DNA of 64,000 nucleotides from Amoebophrya sp. A120 (Eukaryota; Protista; Dinoflagellata), in assembly GCA_905178155.1 (NCBI GenBank), contig CAJINV010000020.1, forward strand, positions 1,054,001-1,118,000, given 5' to 3'. Positions 59,998 through 64,000 of this stretch are shown here, one piece after another; positions within the stretch are counted from its first letter, which is position 1, and each line of letters starts with the position of its first letter. The notes under the pieces were generated by a model. It searched no databases, was not told where the DNA came from, and saw only the letters and a program-made list of their open reading frames with translations. The position numbers and the translations under genes are program-made.

Positions 59998-62331
59998 TTA
60001 GAAATGGTTCACGCTTGGTCCTCTTCCCGCACCTCCTCGAAGCTCACCGTCACCACTCGAAGGAGAGCTCCCCCTCCTCACAACTTTCCCAAGATGAACT
60101 GCTGGTCGCTGGCCTGCGTTGTCGCTACTGGCTCCATCCGTGTCCATCGTACTTCCGTCCTCGCAGTCGTCTTTCTCATTATCCGACTCTGAGTCGGGTG
60201 CTCCTTCTGGCCGGGGGTCCTCTTCCGAGATCTTGTAGAGTGCGCCCCTGGAAATAACTGGTGGCGGATGTTGATGAAGCGAGCCAAAATCAAATTCGAT
60301 CGTCTTACGCCGCCGGGGCTTGCGAGAGGACGAACAAGGATCGACTTCGCGCTCAGTTCTCTCTTGTTCAGCTGCTTCCTGTAGGTCAGATTCTCTTCCT
60401 ACTTCTGGCGCTGCTGGAACAGTAGCAGTACTTACGCCAGCTCCTTCCCCCCTCGTACTTGCTCCGTTGTCGTTGTCCCCGAGATGCAGTTGCTGGATGA
60501 ATTGTTGGCTAAGCGTACCAAGCGATGTGTTGTAGTGGTGCGCCGGATTGAAACCGAGCACTTCGAGTTCAAACATATCTCTGCTGCTGCGATTCAACGC
60601 CAAGCCGTCTGCATCCTCTGCATCGCGGTCTCGTGACAGGAGGAGCTCATATGGACGACCAGTCGTACCTGTATCCGTATCCGAATCGATCTCGTCTCCA
60701 CCTTGAAGACTGGCACTTTCCGAAGGATTTTCGACATCGTCTTCGTGGTCCTCCGAAGGCAATGATCGGGGCTGCAGCGACAGGTGCAGCAGCTCGCTCT
60801 CCTCTTGTTCGCCCCCTTCGGGCACTGGCGGAAGTGGGGGCGTTCGCGGAGGCGACAGCGTCGGCGGGACGCCAATAGCTAGTGTCGCCCCTCGAGGAGG
60901 AGGTCCTACCCCAGCAGCAGGATTGATCATGCTCGAAAAAGTCATACCAGTGCGACTGCCACTTGATGCAGTATTAGGACTTGCTGTTGCTCCGCCCACA
61001 TTTGCATAACTCGGTGCGAGTGCAGTGTGATCTCTACTTTGGTGGCTGTTGCGACCAGAGCCGAACTTTGGCGTTATCCGCTCGCTGAGCGGTTCAAAGG
61101 CCGCGTCCTCGCGCCCTACCTCCTGCTCTTGCTGCTTTGCCTGCAAGTAGAACATGTTTTCAGCATCAGGCCCAGATTCTGCAGCACCATTTTTCCTGTA
61201 CGCGACCGGGGGAATAAGAGGACCACTAGGAGCTGTCTTCGCTTCCGCAAGACTTCTGCTGTAGCGTGTTGCAATTGTTTCGCCCGGAGCGGCACTAGTA
61301 GGCGACGCTGCTGCTGCTCCGCCTGGTGGTGATCCTAGCCGAAGTTCTTGCTGATGTTGTGTCACGAGGTTTGCCGTGCTGCCGGTCTGGGGACCGCCAC
61401 ACTGCCGCGAGAGAAACCCCGACGTAGAAGCTGGCTCTTGACTACAGGACTTCGACCCTGGAACCTGATCTTCATCCGCCGCGGTTCGCATCATCTGTGG
61501 TGGGGGTTCTACCACCGTATTGCTGATGCTGGTAATCTTCGCGGAAGGTTGCAAGAACCACGTCGGCCCTATATTTTGGAACATCGCCGGGGGCAAGAAT
61601 CCGCCGGACGATCCTATTGGACTCGCTGCAGAATCTTCCAGCAAATCTGGAGGCGAGGATGTCAGGGACCACGACGCGAAGTGGTCATGATGTCCATGCC
61701 CGTCTACTTCCGAGTACGCCCGCGACTGATGTGACGAAGCAGATGGTCCGCCGGCTGTAGTTGCTGCAGATAACACTGGGGACGAGCCAGAGCCTGCTCC
61801 GGCGCCTACAGGCGTGGCCGTTCCACTGGAAGTAGAGGTGCCGCCTCGCATCATTTTTTCCAGAGCTTGGAGGTGTTGGCCTTGTTGGTTCTTGTATACG
61901 ACAACGACAGGGGTAGACGCGGGCCTGGTGTCGAAGTGATCAACTCTGGAAGTAGTGGTAAAAGCAGCTGCAGCTGCACTTCTTGTCGTAGTCCTACTTG
62001 GCACTACCACTTGTTCCGCGAATGCGATTGCAAGTTCGTGTGGATGCTCCTCGTCCTCGACGTCGCTTGCCTCGCTTGGGGGCGAACCCGGGGGAGCCTG
62101 CGGTACACCATGGTGGAAATGGCCACGCTGGTGAATCACTTTCACCGCACCCGCACCTGCGACCAAAAAGGGTCTCCGATGCGGCCCACGACCCCCGGCC
62201 AGCGCGGACAGAAATACTAGGTGCTGCATCAGTAGCCACACGTAGCACGTCGGCTTGATTTTTCTTCGGACGGTGGTACTTGAGGGAAAGTAGAGCGCCC
62301 GTGGAGATTCAGGCTTCATTTTCTTCCGCAA
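59998..62331 (-). CDS. Low-complexity hypothetical protein (up to 777 aa), possible signal peptide
   Basis: Long uninterrupted ORF; hydrophobic CYVWLLMQHLVFLSALAG near the start; start codon uncertain. Confidence 0.65.
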   Translation of the reverse strand: MRKKMKPESPRALYFPSSTTVRRKIKPTCYVWLLMQHLVFLSALAGGRGPHRRPFLVAGAGAVKVIHQRGHFHHGVPQAPPGSPPSEASDVEDEEHPHELAIAFAEQVVVPSRTTTRSAAAAAFTTTSRVDHFDTRPASTPVVVVYKNQQGQHLQALEKMMRGGTSTSSGTATPVGAGAGSGSSPVLSAATTAGGPSASSHQSRAYSEVDGHGHHDHFASWSLTSSPPDLLEDSAASPIGSSGGFLPPAMFQNIGPTWFLQPSAKITSISNTVVEPPPQMMRTAADEDQVPGSKSCSQEPASTSGFLSRQCGGPQTGSTANLVTQHQQELRLGSPPGGAAAASPTSAAPGETIATRYSRSLAEAKTAPSGPLIPPVAYRKNGAAESGPDAENMFYLQAKQQEQEVGREDAAFEPLSERITPKFGSGRNSHQSRDHTALAPSYANVGGATASPNTASSGSRTGMTFSSMINPAAGVGPPPRGATLAIGVPPTLSPPRTPPLPPVPEGGEQEESELLHLSLQPRSLPSEDHEDDVENPSESASLQGGDEIDSDTDTGTTGRPYELLLSRDRDAEDADGLALNRSSRDMFELEVLGFNPAHHYNTSLGTLSQQFIQQLHLGDNDNGASTRGEGAGVSTATVPAAPEVGRESDLQEAAEQERTEREVDPCSSSRKPRRRKTIEFDFGSLHQHPPPVISRGALYKISEEDPRPEGAPDSESDNEKDDCEDGSTMDTDGASSDNAGQRPAVHLGKVVRRGSSPSSGDGELRGGAGRGPSVNHF

Positions 62332-64000
62332 ACTCCTAAAACCTAATCAGCTAGTAGCACGACGTGCGTCGAAGTCAAGTTGCCAAAATTGTGAAAGGTG
62401 CGGGACAAGAGGAAAATCCTGCTCAGCTCCGTCTCCGTGCGAAAAAAATATAAAGCGTATTGATATAGTTCGGTAGATAGTGGAGTTGATGGTCGCTAAA
62501 ATTTTATTGGTTGCCGTCAAAAAGCGACGGGTTTTTGATACACGTAGAGGTAGATGGCTTCAGCTTCATTAAGTCGTGGTCGTGAAAGTCGTGCTCCAAT
62601 CGTGTTTCTTGCGTTCGCTTTTCATCGAAGTGGAGTTGAGATTGTTTGGCCATAAGGACGATGAGCATCGTGGTGTTGAAAGCAATAGAAAGGGAGTGAC
62701 GCGCCGGCTCCTTCTTCTCTTTCGCTTATTTTTTCACCACGCTTAATATCATATCTGCTTGATGTCGTAGTGGTACGTGGCCTGTCTGCGGTCTTTATCT
62801 TTTTGGTGTCGTGTAGGTCGCTTTGGACGGACGGCGTCGCTTTGGACGGCTCGCGTTTCGTGTCGTACCACTTTTGACGTTGTAGAAGCCCCGATTGATG
62901 ACCGTTCTCCTCGTCGCCCCGTTGTCTACGTCTAAGTTCAATAATTTGGATTCCTTTTCCTGGGTCGGGTGCTAGTTGTTGTAGCGCTTTGATCTATATG
63001 CTGACACTACTAGTGGTATGCCACTATGTTGATGGCCCGCCTCGAAGTTTGCCTGCAGCTTTACGTAGAGCCTCAGCAGCAGTTGTAGCGCTAGGGCTAC
63101 GGCTAGCGCGTGTGAGTAATAATTCAGTTTACAACAGCACTCTATGTTGACTTTGTTTATCTGCACGGTCAACAACAGCAACGGCTACTCCTCACCCCAT
63201 CGGCAAGCGAGTGAGATAGTACTGAAATTCTTTTATCGACGCTTTTTTTCTGGTTCTACGCTATACAACTTTGTTTAAGTCATCTAGTTCGAAAGAGTCG
63301 TAAGTTGTCACCGTGAAGTAGATCGCTTCAGATGTAAATCATGACGATTGAAGAAAATAGAAGTCCTTGTACTTGTTTCACCGATCGAGAGGAGATCTTG
63401 AGAAGTTTTGGACTGATGTTGATGGATCGACAACTCAATGATTGGATGAAGTTGTAAAAAAGTAGGCATGTTGCGGTTGGTGCAACGCTCCCACACTTTT
63501 TCCGTTCCCATACAGCAGCTGTGGGAGCCGGATGCACATACAACCAGGAGCAAAACATGAAGAAGAAAATAGCGGTCGAGTAGACAGATCTTTGGAAGCC
63601 TTCTTTGTACAACAACCATTTCAGGCATTGTACCGGGCTGGTAATAACTAATATGAGACCGTGGTCGTCCTTATGCTCATCAACATCCTTCTTGTATGTA
63701 AGTACTTAAACAACCACCACCAACGGATCTTCAGGACTCTTATCGGAGCTGTCATCTTCAACAAGGCACGGCATCAATCTGCGGGTCCGTCAAGATCACA
63801 TGAATTGATGTCGGAAGCAAGCCGATTCCCATTCCTAAGATCTCCATCACGACGGCCAATAATATAGCACCTTCAACAACTGAACAGGATCGTAATTGTT
63901 GGCGCATTGAAATTGCAGGTGATTGCAGACTAAGACTTCTACTTATTGCATTGATTCATGCCCACTAGCATAGATCTTGAGCTGTGTATGTTGATCCACC

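Noticed and set aside
724-63867. Numerous plus-strand and short overlapping ORFs in the track
   Set aside because: They are antisense shadows of GC-rich minus-strand genes, or translations of element DNA (recurrent PDPDIFTFD / FQTQTFLHL peptides are just the family A TIR).
1-64000. Dinoflagellate spliced-leader relics, rRNA, tRNA
   Set aside because: No convincing match seen by eye; a covariance-model scan was not possible.

Overview
Eukaryotic, gene-dense window in which every recognisable gene lies on the minus strand. Gene style and intron type best fit a syndinean dinoflagellate such as Amoebophrya (inference; no database search was run). The dominant structure is a set of 29 short insertions (109-311 bp) from about 7 sequence families plus decayed singletons. 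All start TAT and end ATA (one starts CAT), carry terminal inverted repeats (TIRs), and sit between 5-bp direct repeats (TSDs). 27 of them interrupt coding sequence. In all 27, removing the element plus one TSD copy rejoins the neighbouring ORF fragments in frame, yet 24 of 27 offer no GT-AG or GC-AG border for that exact removal. They are therefore non-canonical introner-type introns. Removing them reconstructs an S9 serine peptidase, two paralogous signal-peptide proteins with a PD-(D/E)xK nuclease domain resembling bacterial polymorphic-toxin tips, a TM/coiled-coil protein, an RRM+LOTUS protein, an RCC1-repeat protein, an ankyrin protein and an NDP-kinase-like protein. A RING protein (one canonical intron) and several intronless hypothetical genes are also present. 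Other mobile DNA: an 839-bp MITE, a decayed tyrosine recombinase between 77-bp direct repeats, and a 2.6-kb repeat-flanked segment.
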